From Gammaproteobacteria bacterium (GTDB lineage: Bacteria; Pseudomonadota; Gammaproteobacteria; Steroidobacterales; Steroidobacteraceae): a stretch of DNA of 32,000 bases. Positions 1 to 8,067 of this stretch are shown here, piece after piece. The stretch covers positions 123-32,122 of the forward strand of contig VGVG01000004.1 of assembly GCA_016874055.1 (NCBI GenBank), in the 5' to 3' direction. Positions within the stretch are counted from its first letter, which is position 1, and every line of letters begins with the position of its first letter. Both the position numbers and the translations under genes were made by a program. The notes below the pieces were generated by a model. That model worked only from the letters and a program-made list of their open reading frames with translations, did not search any database and had not been told where the DNA came from.

Positions 1-1
1 T

Positions 2-286
2 TTGAGTGGACGAATAGAGTTGATCCTCGAAAAAGACAAGCAACATGCCAAATGCATCGCCTGTGTCGGTGCGAAGAAAAACCAACCCGTCACCGGGATG
101 ACCATTCTCGAGGGCGTGCGTCGACACCGCAGCGCGACGCATTGGGACGGCGGCAATATCCTTGATCCGAACGATGGCAAAGTGTATCGGGTACGCCTCA
201 CACCGCAGAGCAACGGCCGAATGCTCGAGGTACGCGGCTACCTCGGTCCGTTCTATCGCAACCAATATTGGGTGCGGGTCGACTAA
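2..286 (+). CDS. DUF2147-family protein, C-terminal part (5' end probably outside the window)
   Basis: The frame is open from the window edge. The tail GNILDPNDGKVYRVRLTPQSNGRMLEVRGYLGPFYRNQYWVRV matches my recollection of the DUF2147 C-terminal signature. Stop TAA is at 284-286 and shares bases with the stop of the convergent transporter gene. Confidence 0.6.
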   Translation: MSGRIELILEKDKQHAKCIACVGAKKNQPVTGMTILEGVRRHRSATHWDGGNILDPNDGKVYRVRLTPQSNGRMLEVRGYLGPFYRNQYWVRVD

Positions 287-1725
287 CCGGCGAGCAAGGC
301 CATGATCAACGTCGCGGCGGCGATGTTGAGTGCAAAGCCAACGAAGAGCATGCGCCTCAGGGTCACGACTCCCGATGAGAAGGCGATGGCATTCGGTGCA
401 GTAGCGATGGGTAACATGAATGCGAAACTCGCTGCGATCGCGACCGGAAATGCGAGCGTCTGAAGCGGCGTGCCCGTTGCCTGGGCGATCGCAGTGACAA
501 CCGGGAGCATAGAGGTCAGCGTCGCCACATTACTTGCAAGCTCCGAGACCAGAATGGTCGCCAGTACGAGCACGGCGATGAGACCAAAAGTAGAAAGCCC
601 ATCAAGACTCACGATCCATGTACCGATCCACTGAGCAAGACCCGTCGCCTCGATGGCAGCAGCGAGCGAGAGACCCCCGCCGAAAAGAAGGGCGATGCCC
701 CATGGGATACGTAGGGCACGCGACCAATCGATAAGTTTCTCGCCCACCTGCCGGCCCGATGGAATCAAGAAGAGGAGCAATGCACCGATGACAGCGACGC
801 TGGTATCGCTCAACTTGGCGAGCGGCGACCAGTCATTAAGAAGTTGCACGCGAAACATCCACGCTAAGGCAACCAGGCCAAAGATCACGCCGATTCGGAA
901 CTCAGGTTTGGATATCGGTCCGAGTCGCTTAAGAGCGTCGCGAACGACTCCGGCGATAGCCGTCGACGCCGCGTTACGATTCCGGTAAAGCGGGATGCAG
1001 AGCAACAACCAAGCGATCGGCAAAAGTACGAGGATCAGGGGGATCGCCCGACTCATCCATTCAGTGAAGGCCATCGGTTCCCCTGCCCGCTCAAAGAAAC
1101 CCATCGCGATGAGATTAGTCGGCGAGCCCACTGGCGTGGCAACACCGCCAATGGTGGCGGCGTGGGCCACGCCCAGCAGCAACGCGCCACCGAGCGCAAG
1201 GTCGGGTTTACCATCCGAAGATAAAGCTCGCGCCGCACCAAGTGCGATCGGCGCGAGCATCAGCATGGTGGCGGTGTTGGAGATCCACATCGAGATGACA
1301 GCCGACGCCAACATGAAACATCCGACGAGTGGGATGGGTCGTCCACCAGCAAACGAGGCGATGGAAAGCGCGATCCGTTCGTGCAATCGCCAGCGCTCGA
1401 TACAGGCGGCGAGCATGAAGCCACCGATAAATAAGAAAATGATGGGATCGGCATAAGGTGCCGCGGCCTCTTTGACCGAGGCCGCACCGAGTACCGGTAA
1501 TACGGCGAGTGGCAGCAAAGCCGTGAGAGCGATGGGTATCGCTTCCGTCACCCACCACACCACCATGAGCACTGCGAGGGAGACGACCCGCCAGGCTTCG
1601 TCGCTTAGGCCATCGGGAGGCGCCACACCCTGCGCAGCGAGCGCAAGAACCGGGCCGAGCACGAGCCCAATTCGACGTCCAAGCACATCCAGTGAACCGG
1701 AATCTTTCTGACGAGAGATCGTCAT
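283..1725 (-). CDS. DASS/SLC13-family anion:sodium symporter (CitT/SdcS-like permease)
   Basis: 480-aa polytopic membrane ORF. SNTATMLMLAPIA and ATAPNAIAFSSG are typical duplicated DASS hairpin motifs. ATG 1725 overlaps the upstream stop (ATGA). Confidence 0.85.
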   Translation of the reverse strand: MTISRQKDSGSLDVLGRRIGLVLGPVLALAAQGVAPPDGLSDEAWRVVSLAVLMVVWWVTEAIPIALTALLPLAVLPVLGAASVKEAAAPYADPIIFLFIGGFMLAACIERWRLHERIALSIASFAGGRPIPLVGCFMLASAVISMWISNTATMLMLAPIALGAARALSSDGKPDLALGGALLLGVAHAATIGGVATPVGSPTNLIAMGFFERAGEPMAFTEWMSRAIPLILVLLPIAWLLLCIPLYRNRNAASTAIAGVVRDALKRLGPISKPEFRIGVIFGLVALAWMFRVQLLNDWSPLAKLSDTSVAVIGALLLFLIPSGRQVGEKLIDWSRALRIPWGIALLFGGGLSLAAAIEATGLAQWIGTWIVSLDGLSTFGLIAVLVLATILVSELASNVATLTSMLPVVTAIAQATGTPLQTLAFPVAIAASFAFMLPIATAPNAIAFSSGVVTLRRMLFVGFALNIAAATLIMALLAG

Positions 1726-2954
1726 ATAGATTCCAAATTACGCAGAGCTGAGAACTTTGCCCAAGCTTCGTCCCACTCGGACTCGGCCTTTGAATCGTGC
1801 ACGATCCCGCCGCCGATATCCCATCGCGCCTCATCGCCACGGATCTGCATCGAACGAATCACCACGCTAAATTCCGCAGCCCCGTCCGGTTCGATCCAAC
1901 CCAGTACGCCGCCGTAAAGCCCGCGCGGACCCGCCTCAAGCTCACGGATCATACGGCAGGCCTCAATCTTCGGCGCACCCGTCATCGAGCCCGGCGGAAA
2001 TGCGGCTGCGAGTGCGTCCCACACGTCGAGACCTTCACGCAACTCGCCACGGATGGTCGAGCTCATCTGCGCTACCCTCCCATAACGCTCAACCTCGAAC
2101 AGCGATTCCGCCCGAACGCTACCTGCTACGCACACTCGACTCAGGTCGTTGCGTGCGAGGTCGACGATCATCACATTCTCGGCACGATCTTTAATCGACT
2201 CAGCGAGCTCGCGAGTTCTCCGGTCGTCGGACACTCCGTCGAGGCGGCGCGTCCCTTTCATCGGCCGTAATGTCGCCTCACGACCGCGCACCGACAAAAA
2301 ACGCTCCGGACTCACCGAGAGCAAAGAAAAATCCGGCAATTGGATCCACGCAGCATGATCGACCGGATTCCCAGCAAGAAGCGCCGCGAACAGCGCAGCG
2401 GGATTTTTGGGTGGGGCAAACTGCACGGGGAACGTTAAGCACAACTGGTATAAGCGCCCTGAGGCAATGGCCTCATGAATCCGTTCCACCGATTGCGTAT
2501 GCCAATCTTTGAGCAACGAGGATTGCAAGTCCTCACGTCGCTCAACTCGCAGCGGACTTTCCGGGGGACCCCAACAACCACCTGCTTCACCGCCTAAGGT
2601 ACGCAGCACGGCGCCGGCGGACCAAACTTGGATGCGAGGTAGCCCAAGCCAGTCATCATGCACCGCGATGTGATCGAAACATGCCGACGCCTCATGTGTG
2701 ACGAGTACGAGTAGCCCCTTTGCGCCGCGCCCGAAAGCGCGGCTTGCGGTTCGACGCAGGGCGTCCGTGGTCTGCTTCGCATCCGATAGATTTACGGGCG
2801 AGTGCCACTCGAGCGCGAGCGTGCTTGCCATGAGGGAGCGACGACCGAGATCGGGATGACCCCGCTTCGATACCAAACATGCAAACGACTTCGCCGCGGC
2901 GTAATCCCGCTCAGCGGCGTATCGCATCTCAGCGATCGAGGCCGCTGTGTTCAC
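1722..2954 (-). CDS. pabB: aminodeoxychorismate synthase component I-like chorismate-binding enzyme
   Basis: Chorismate-binding core PPGSMTGAPKIEACRMIRELE...RGLYGGVLGW...FSVVIRS, and the gene sits next to a PabC-like gene. The start is uncertain: GTG 2954 gives a GTGA overlap with the upstream stop, and the alternatives are GTG 2996 (ORF maximum) or ATG 2927. Confidence 0.8.
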   Translation of the reverse strand: MNTAASIAEMRYAAERDYAAAKSFACLVSKRGHPDLGRRSLMASTLALEWHSPVNLSDAKQTTDALRRTASRAFGRGAKGLLVLVTHEASACFDHIAVHDDWLGLPRIQVWSAGAVLRTLGGEAGGCWGPPESPLRVERREDLQSSLLKDWHTQSVERIHEAIASGRLYQLCLTFPVQFAPPKNPAALFAALLAGNPVDHAAWIQLPDFSLLSVSPERFLSVRGREATLRPMKGTRRLDGVSDDRRTRELAESIKDRAENVMIVDLARNDLSRVCVAGSVRAESLFEVERYGRVAQMSSTIRGELREGLDVWDALAAAFPPGSMTGAPKIEACRMIRELEAGPRGLYGGVLGWIEPDGAAEFSVVIRSMQIRGDEARWDIGGGIVHDSKAESEWDEAWAKFSALRNLESI

Positions 2955-3805
2955 GACGTTTCTCTGGCATGAAGCGCGAGTAACGCAGCGCGCCACTGCG
3001 CCGCATCAGTAACCGCGCTCGGTATCACCCAGTCATCACAACGTCGGATCGCTACCGCAAGACGCAAGGCGCTGATCAGAATCAAGCCCTCGACGCACAC
3101 GGGCGATTGAGGGTCGAGTCGGTCGATCGTCAAGGATCCCGACTCCAGCGACACCCCTGTGCGACGCAGCGCATCGAGCGTCACACTTTTCAGTATGTCG
3201 GCAGACTCATGAATAAACCAACGACCTTTCGACTGCCAAGCGATCGCACCAGTCGCCCCCTCCATGAGCTGCCCATCACGCATGAACAGCGCCTCACTCG
3301 CGCCGCGCGACTGTGCTTCTTGCCTTGCAACAAGCGACCAGTGGTAACTGGTCGATTTTCCGAGATGCCCCAAACCCGGATGCATGAAGGACGCGATGGC
3401 AACATCGATCCCCTGTTCGAGTGAAGCCGTCGAGGAACGATGCTCGCTCCACTCGCCGAGCGCTTGCCAACCGCCGACTTCCGCACCGTCACGGCGATCG
3501 TCGCGCGACAGCAGTAGTCGCAATCGCCCCGAGGGGAATTCATAAAACTTTGATTGCATCGCAGCGAGGCAACGGTTGGCGGCGCAGCGCGCGAGCGCGC
3601 CTTGATCGGGACCACAGAACTGTGAGATGGATACCGACAATCGCTCGAGATGCTGCGCCTGAAACATCGGCCGTCGGGACTCGACGCGCAGTGTTTCAAA
3701 CCAGCCTTCGCCAGAGGCGACGAGACTGGTCGATGGCGAGAAGACCGGTGCGCCCGGCTCGAGCCAACGGCCATCGAGGCAGTAAGAGAGGCTACGGACG
3801 CTCAT
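2951..3805 (-). CDS. pabC: aminodeoxychorismate lyase-like class IV aminotransferase-fold protein
   Basis: GEGWFETLRVESRRPMFQAQHLERL is the class IV (PabC/IlvE fold) N-terminal signature. ATG 3805 overlaps the upstream stop (ATGA). The longer 351-aa ORF start would overlap the upstream gene and is discounted. Confidence 0.7.
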   Translation of the reverse strand: MSVRSLSYCLDGRWLEPGAPVFSPSTSLVASGEGWFETLRVESRRPMFQAQHLERLSVSISQFCGPDQGALARCAANRCLAAMQSKFYEFPSGRLRLLLSRDDRRDGAEVGGWQALGEWSEHRSSTASLEQGIDVAIASFMHPGLGHLGKSTSYHWSLVARQEAQSRGASEALFMRDGQLMEGATGAIAWQSKGRWFIHESADILKSVTLDALRRTGVSLESGSLTIDRLDPQSPVCVEGLILISALRLAVAIRRCDDWVIPSAVTDAAQWRAALLALHARETS

Positions 3806-4359
3806 CAACCTGCGAGCACGTAAACCACGAAGGTAACGAGACCGAAACCTCCCGCCGCGAGCGCTTTGCGCCGATACGTCGGCACGTTCCAGGCCATCAG
3901 CAAACCAGAGAGCAGAACGATCGCTAGACCAATAGCCCAAAGTACGGAGATGCTCTTCGCGACTTCGCTCCCCTTTGCCTTGTGTAGCTGCACCATGTGA
4001 CGCCATGGCGTCGTTTCTTTAATAACCAGGGTGGCGCGTGGCGGATCTTTGGTGGGCTTTAGTAAGACGTCTCGACTCGCACCAGTCCATTCGAGCTCGA
4101 GGGACGTACCCGCTTTCTTGATGGCGACGGCGCCAGATGGATATCTCACACCCGCCTCATCCACGGCACGCTCAACGATGCGCGTGAGCGCACTGAGTTC
4201 CGACGGCAGCGGTTGAGATAGCTCGAGCGGTTGGCTGCGCGCGACGTAACTTCCTTTGATCGACACGGTATATAGCGCGCCAGTTGCCGCGAACATCACG
4301 GCTATTGGTAGAAAAAATTTGGCCAACCAAAGATGAACGGAAATCAGGGTTTTCTGCAC
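3805..4359 (-). CDS. two-TM membrane protein, PepSY-associated-TM-like
   Basis: N- and C-terminal hydrophobic helices. WRHMVQLHKAKG...LWAIGLAIVLLSGLLM resembles PepSY_TM helices. GTG start at 4359 with GGAGAA 7 nt upstream. First gene of a 4-gene coupled operon. Confidence 0.55.
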   Translation of the reverse strand: MQKTLISVHLWLAKFFLPIAVMFAATGALYTVSIKGSYVARSQPLELSQPLPSELSALTRIVERAVDEAGVRYPSGAVAIKKAGTSLELEWTGASRDVLLKPTKDPPRATLVIKETTPWRHMVQLHKAKGSEVAKSISVLWAIGLAIVLLSGLLMAWNVPTYRRKALAAGGFGLVTFVVYVLAG

Positions 4360-4404
4360 GACGGTTCTCCGGGGCTATTGAGTTTAAACCGCCCGGTTTA
4401 GCCC

Positions 4405-4433
4405 TTGACCCGCCAATCCCGATTCTGTAGTAT
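4405..4433 (+). promoter_or_regulatory. sigma70-like promoter upstream of padR (TTGACC-17 nt-TAGTAT)
   Basis: TTGACC at 4405-4410, a 17-nt spacer, and TAGTAT at 4428-4433, 20 nt before ATG 4453. A 6-bp inverted repeat TAAACC-gccc-GGTTTA (4385-4400) lies just upstream. Confidence 0.4.
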
Positions 4434-4452
4434 CTTTCAACAAGGTACTGTT

Positions 4453-4785
4453 ATGAACCCCATTACCGAAGAACATCATTTCGCAGCTATAAAAAAAGGA
4501 CTCCTCGAGTTTGCGGTGCTCCGAGTGGTAGGCAGCGGTGAGCTATACGCCGCCGATATTCTCACGCGGCTTGAGAAAACCGAGTTCGCCACTCAGGGAG
4601 GAACGCTCTACCCCTTACTCAGCAAGCTACGTCGAGAAGGCTGGGTTAATTATGAGTGGCAGGAGACCAGCCTCGGTCCGCCGCGCAAGTACTACCGACT
4701 CACGTCTCAGGGACGCAATCACCTCGACACACTCGATCGTTACTGGAAAACCATCGACCGCACGCTCCTCGAGCTTGCAAGCTAA
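4453..4785 (+). CDS. PadR-family transcriptional regulator
   Basis: LLEFAVLRVV...LYAADILTRLE...GTLYPLLSKLRREGWV...PPRKYYRLTSQG is the canonical PadR winged-helix signature. ATG 4453 is preceded by AAGG. Confidence 0.85.
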   Translation: MNPITEEHHFAAIKKGLLEFAVLRVVGSGELYAADILTRLEKTEFATQGGTLYPLLSKLRREGWVNYEWQETSLGPPRKYYRLTSQGRNHLDTLDRYWKTIDRTLLELAS

Positions 4786-4802
4786 TTATCACGGAGAATC
4801 TC

Positions 4803-5381
4803 ATGCATCGAATCCTTCATGCGAGCCTCAACCATAACCCCTACCCCATCGAAGAGGATGCTTACGCGCATCTTGAAACGTATCTTGCGGAGTCGGCAAT
4901 CGCTCTTGCAAATTATCCCGATCGCGATGAAATTCTTCTTGATCTCGAGCAGGCCATCGCGGATCAGTGCCGACGCCGCCAGCCTCCGCAAGCCACGGCA
5001 ATCACCTTGCAGGAGTTATCGTCTGCGCTCGAGGAAATGGGTCCCGTACGAATTGACGAACCCGACTCAAAGCGTATCAACGAAAATGTTACGTCTGCGG
5101 CGCCGATACTGTTCCAACAAATTAGCCAGGGCGCGTGGATCTGCGGCGTCTGTCTCGGCATCGCCCGCTACCTGCGTATCGACGTGACATTGATTCGTGG
5201 TTTCGCCGCGGCATTGCTGTTATTTAGCGGTGGCACGTCGTTACTGTTTTACGGCGTACTGGCCGGTATCGTGCCATATGCAGAGATCGATCCGAACGGA
5301 CCACCGGTCTCAAGAATTCCCGCCAAACTTCGCGAGTGGATCGAATATCTGCGTGGTAACATCGCTCGTCTCACGCGCTGA
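4803..5381 (+). CDS. PspC-domain membrane protein (PadR-associated)
   Basis: GAWICGVCLGIARYLRIDVTLIRGFAAALLLFSGG is a PspC-domain motif followed by a TM helix. ATG 4803 lies 15 nt after the padR stop. The 241-aa ORF extension overlaps padR and is discounted. Confidence 0.75.
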   Translation: MHRILHASLNHNPYPIEEDAYAHLETYLAESAIALANYPDRDEILLDLEQAIADQCRRRQPPQATAITLQELSSALEEMGPVRIDEPDSKRINENVTSAAPILFQQISQGAWICGVCLGIARYLRIDVTLIRGFAAALLLFSGGTSLLFYGVLAGIVPYAEIDPNGPPVSRIPAKLREWIEYLRGNIARLTR

Positions 5382-5485
5382 GGTCTTACCGATCGCTTAG
5401 CATCTCTATTGGTCGTGCCGGTCATGAGATCACCTCAGCGTTGAAAGACTCAACGAATTATGACTTCGCTGCTTTGACCGCCGCG

Positions 5486-6250
5486 CTATCGTCCTTGACG
5501 AATCTCGGTGCCGCTAATCGCTTCGATCTCTGGCGGTAAATCAATCTTGCTTACCGTCCAACCAACATCACGACCATAAATTACGTCCACGATATTCGGG
5601 AGAACAACAATTTTGTATCTGCCACGATATTCCTGAAGAGCTGTATGAATTTTTCGTTCTACCGTTTCTGAGGTGTAAGGATTATTTTCGCTCTGAGGCA
5701 TATCACGGATCGCCACACACACCTGCCCATGTTTTTCAAGCGCTTTGAGAAATAAAGCTTTGTGTCCATCATGAAATGGTTGAAAGCGGCCGATCATTAA
5801 GCCTGTGGGTGATGTTGGATTAAATACGGACTCCATGATAGTGTGATACAGATCCGTCATAATTCGATCTGATTCTTCATACGATTCAACAGCCCAAACA
5901 GGAGACCGTTCTGGTTTTTCGAATATTGCGGTTGTATCTGCAAAATTTCGAACCGGTACACACCGCATATACACTAAAAAATCAGCGTCGATAATCTTAC
6001 GATACTCTTCTTTCGGGCAGACGAAATCAAGAATGGCGTATTTGCCCTCTCGATGAGCATTTATTGCAGCATCTCGCATGCGCTCCGCTTGTCGGCGTCG
6101 GCCGTCTTCAGAAAAGTCCCAATCGTTATGAGCTTTACGAAATTCATCGCCATTAAAATGAATGGCGCGATCTCTAAAGAGATCGCTGAGTTTTTTTGCA
6201 AAAGTTGTTTTACCAGAACCTGGTAATCCAAACACTAATATTGTTTTCAT
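5486..6250 (-). CDS. fusion protein: N-terminal APS-kinase-like P-loop kinase plus C-terminal NadM-type nucleotidyl (NMN adenylyl) transferase-like domain
   Basis: The Walker A motif FGLPGSGKTTFAKKL and FNGDEFRKAHNDWDFSEDGRRRQAERMRDAA resemble adenylylsulfate-kinase-fold enzymes. GRFQPFHDGH (HxGH) and ISGTEIR are the two signature motifs of archaeal/NadM-type NMN adenylyltransferases. The gene is about 40% GC in a ~60% GC background. Confidence 0.7.
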   Translation of the reverse strand: MKTILVFGLPGSGKTTFAKKLSDLFRDRAIHFNGDEFRKAHNDWDFSEDGRRRQAERMRDAAINAHREGKYAILDFVCPKEEYRKIIDADFLVYMRCVPVRNFADTTAIFEKPERSPVWAVESYEESDRIMTDLYHTIMESVFNPTSPTGLMIGRFQPFHDGHKALFLKALEKHGQVCVAIRDMPQSENNPYTSETVERKIHTALQEYRGRYKIVVLPNIVDVIYGRDVGWTVSKIDLPPEIEAISGTEIRQGR

Positions 6251-6540
6251 AATAACTCTATGAAAAAGTTTTACCGCAATCGACTGTTGTTTCCCTTTTT
6301 ACGCAAAAGACCTTGAAAATTATTTTTGCTAAGTCTCGCGACCCGAAGTATGGCAGTTAATTGGGCCAATGCTATTTCTGAAAGATTGCCATTGCATCAC
6401 CATTTGGGTCCCCAGCAACATTCGGCAGTGATTCACCCGACTCCCCCACGAAAGCACTGCCGTAAAAACATCGTCTGATAGTTTTTTACCGGATTAGCTT
6501 TTTAACTCGACGGTGATCGTTTGGTCGTGGCATGAATTAC

Positions 6541-6636
6541 ATCGTACCGCGCGTAGAGATCAACCCGAATGGCCGACCCGTCTCAACGATTACCACCAAG
6601 CTTTGCGAGTCGATCGAATCTCTTCAGCAAAAACTC
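6541..6636 (+). pseudogene. remnant of a second pspC-domain gene 3' end
   Basis: IVPRVEINPNGRPVSTITTKLCESIESLQQKL aligns without gaps to IVPYAEIDPNGPPVSRIPAKLREWIEYLRGNI (5268-5363), with 68/96 nt identical by hand count. There is no upstream PspC domain, and similarity stops where the AT-rich DNA begins (~6520). Confidence 0.55.
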
Positions 6637-6667
6637 CCTCATTTCGCGCTAATGTTTCACCTGAGGC

Positions 6668-8045
6668 TCAGCGGATCAGGTGCCAGCGGGTCTGACGGCC
6701 TGCCAGGTAAGTGACCCGCTCACCATCAAACAGCGCATCTTGTTCAAGCTTGATTTGTACCCGCTGACTATCCCACTCCGGTACCGCTTGCTTGATGTTT
6801 CCCTCAATCGCGTAAACGGCGTTTTGGAGACAAGGGCCAGTCGCCCTGTACAGATGTCGGTCCCTAGTTGTCCCACATGCCGATTGTTGGGCCCGGCGCG
6901 TGGCTAAACATACCCAAGGGATGGGTATACACACTCGCCGCAATACGCTCCTTTGTAGCTGCAGCGAGCGTCAAGGCGAGCACCTCGTTACCGGTGCGGC
7001 CGGTCGCAAAGTTTGCCGTTAAAAGATCTTGCCATCGATTGCCCGTCTGCATCGCAGACTGAGGACCTGCAGGAACTTCCGTCTCACCAAGTCGAGCGAC
7101 ATAACCCATTTCCTGGGTATCGGTACACAGCTTGAGATAGCAAATGCCTACATCGGTGTGCAGCACGTCACCCGGCTCAGTGACGCCGCCATTGCCGCAG
7201 AACGGAGCATTGGTTTCGCAAGGGAGACCCTATCGCTGGCGATTCACATCTGGAAAAAACCAGATGGGAAGTCCGAGACTTTCGAAACGTGACCGGATGT
7301 ACCATGCAACATCCTGCGTCGTCATCACCCCCGCTGTGATCACGCGCGTGCTAAACGCTTCGGCGATTACACCCCGTGCAATCGCAACGATCTGCGGATA
7401 GACCATGAGCTCTGAGGGACTGCGCGTCTCAAGCCAGCGCACTACGAGCGATTCTGCAGGGACGAGTCGAGATGCAAACTCGGACGGTAAAACCTCGCGT
7501 AAGCGTGCGTGCAACGCCGAAGTTAAACCATCGGCAACGGGGCAATCTCGCGATACGTTGATACCGATACGCTTCGGATTGCGACTGACGATAACCTCAG
7601 CCAGCGCCTTCCACTGGGCTTCAAGGTCACCACCTGCCCATGCAGACGAATACGGCTCACCGAGCGGATAGCGATTGACCGACAGTCGAGCGACGCTACC
7701 GTCCGGCTGTATATGAAACACAAGCATGGTCGTGCGACGAGCTGCAAACGCCGGTTGCGGCACCAGCGTGAGGTACACCGGATCTTCGGCGTATTCCCGA
7801 TTAATTACGAGCCACATGTCAAGATTGCTCTCGGCCATGAGTCGCGGAAGCAGCGTCTCGAGACGCTCGCGGACCATACGGTTCTCGGGCTCAACCCGCT
7901 CGCGGGTCGACAACACGTCAAACCGATCGGCAGACTCAAATACTCGACCCTGCACGGGTTCAGTGGTAGAGCCCTCTGCGGCACAGATCGAAAGACCGGA
8001 TAAAAGCGAGATGACACAGGCGCGAGTCGAGAGTGCAAGGCTCAT
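6668..8045 (-). pseudogene. M24-family Xaa-Pro peptidase/creatinase-like gene, disrupted
   Basis: One coherent M24 protein with a signal peptide can be read across three ORF fragments. It has an in-frame TAG at 7230-7232 (NRQR*GLPCETNAPFCGNGGVTEPGDVLHTDVG), an in-frame TAG at 6864-6866 (GMWDN*GPTSVQGDWPL), and a frameshift near 6827-6832 before QNAVYAIEGN...VPEWDSQRVQIKLEQDALF. Confidence 0.8.
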
Positions 8046-8067
8046 CCGGAGATTCTCAAAGATTGCT

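Noticed and set aside
653-1840. Several 60-210-aa ORFs overlapping the DASS transporter gene in both orientations
   Set aside because: They are shadow frames of a confidently assigned membrane transporter gene. They are Arg/Ser/Ala-rich with no recognisable domains.
6864-7232. Two in-frame TAG codons in the M24 gene as programmed amber readthrough or recoding
   Set aside because: A frameshift in the same gene and the absence of any recoding context make simple pseudogenisation the more economical explanation.
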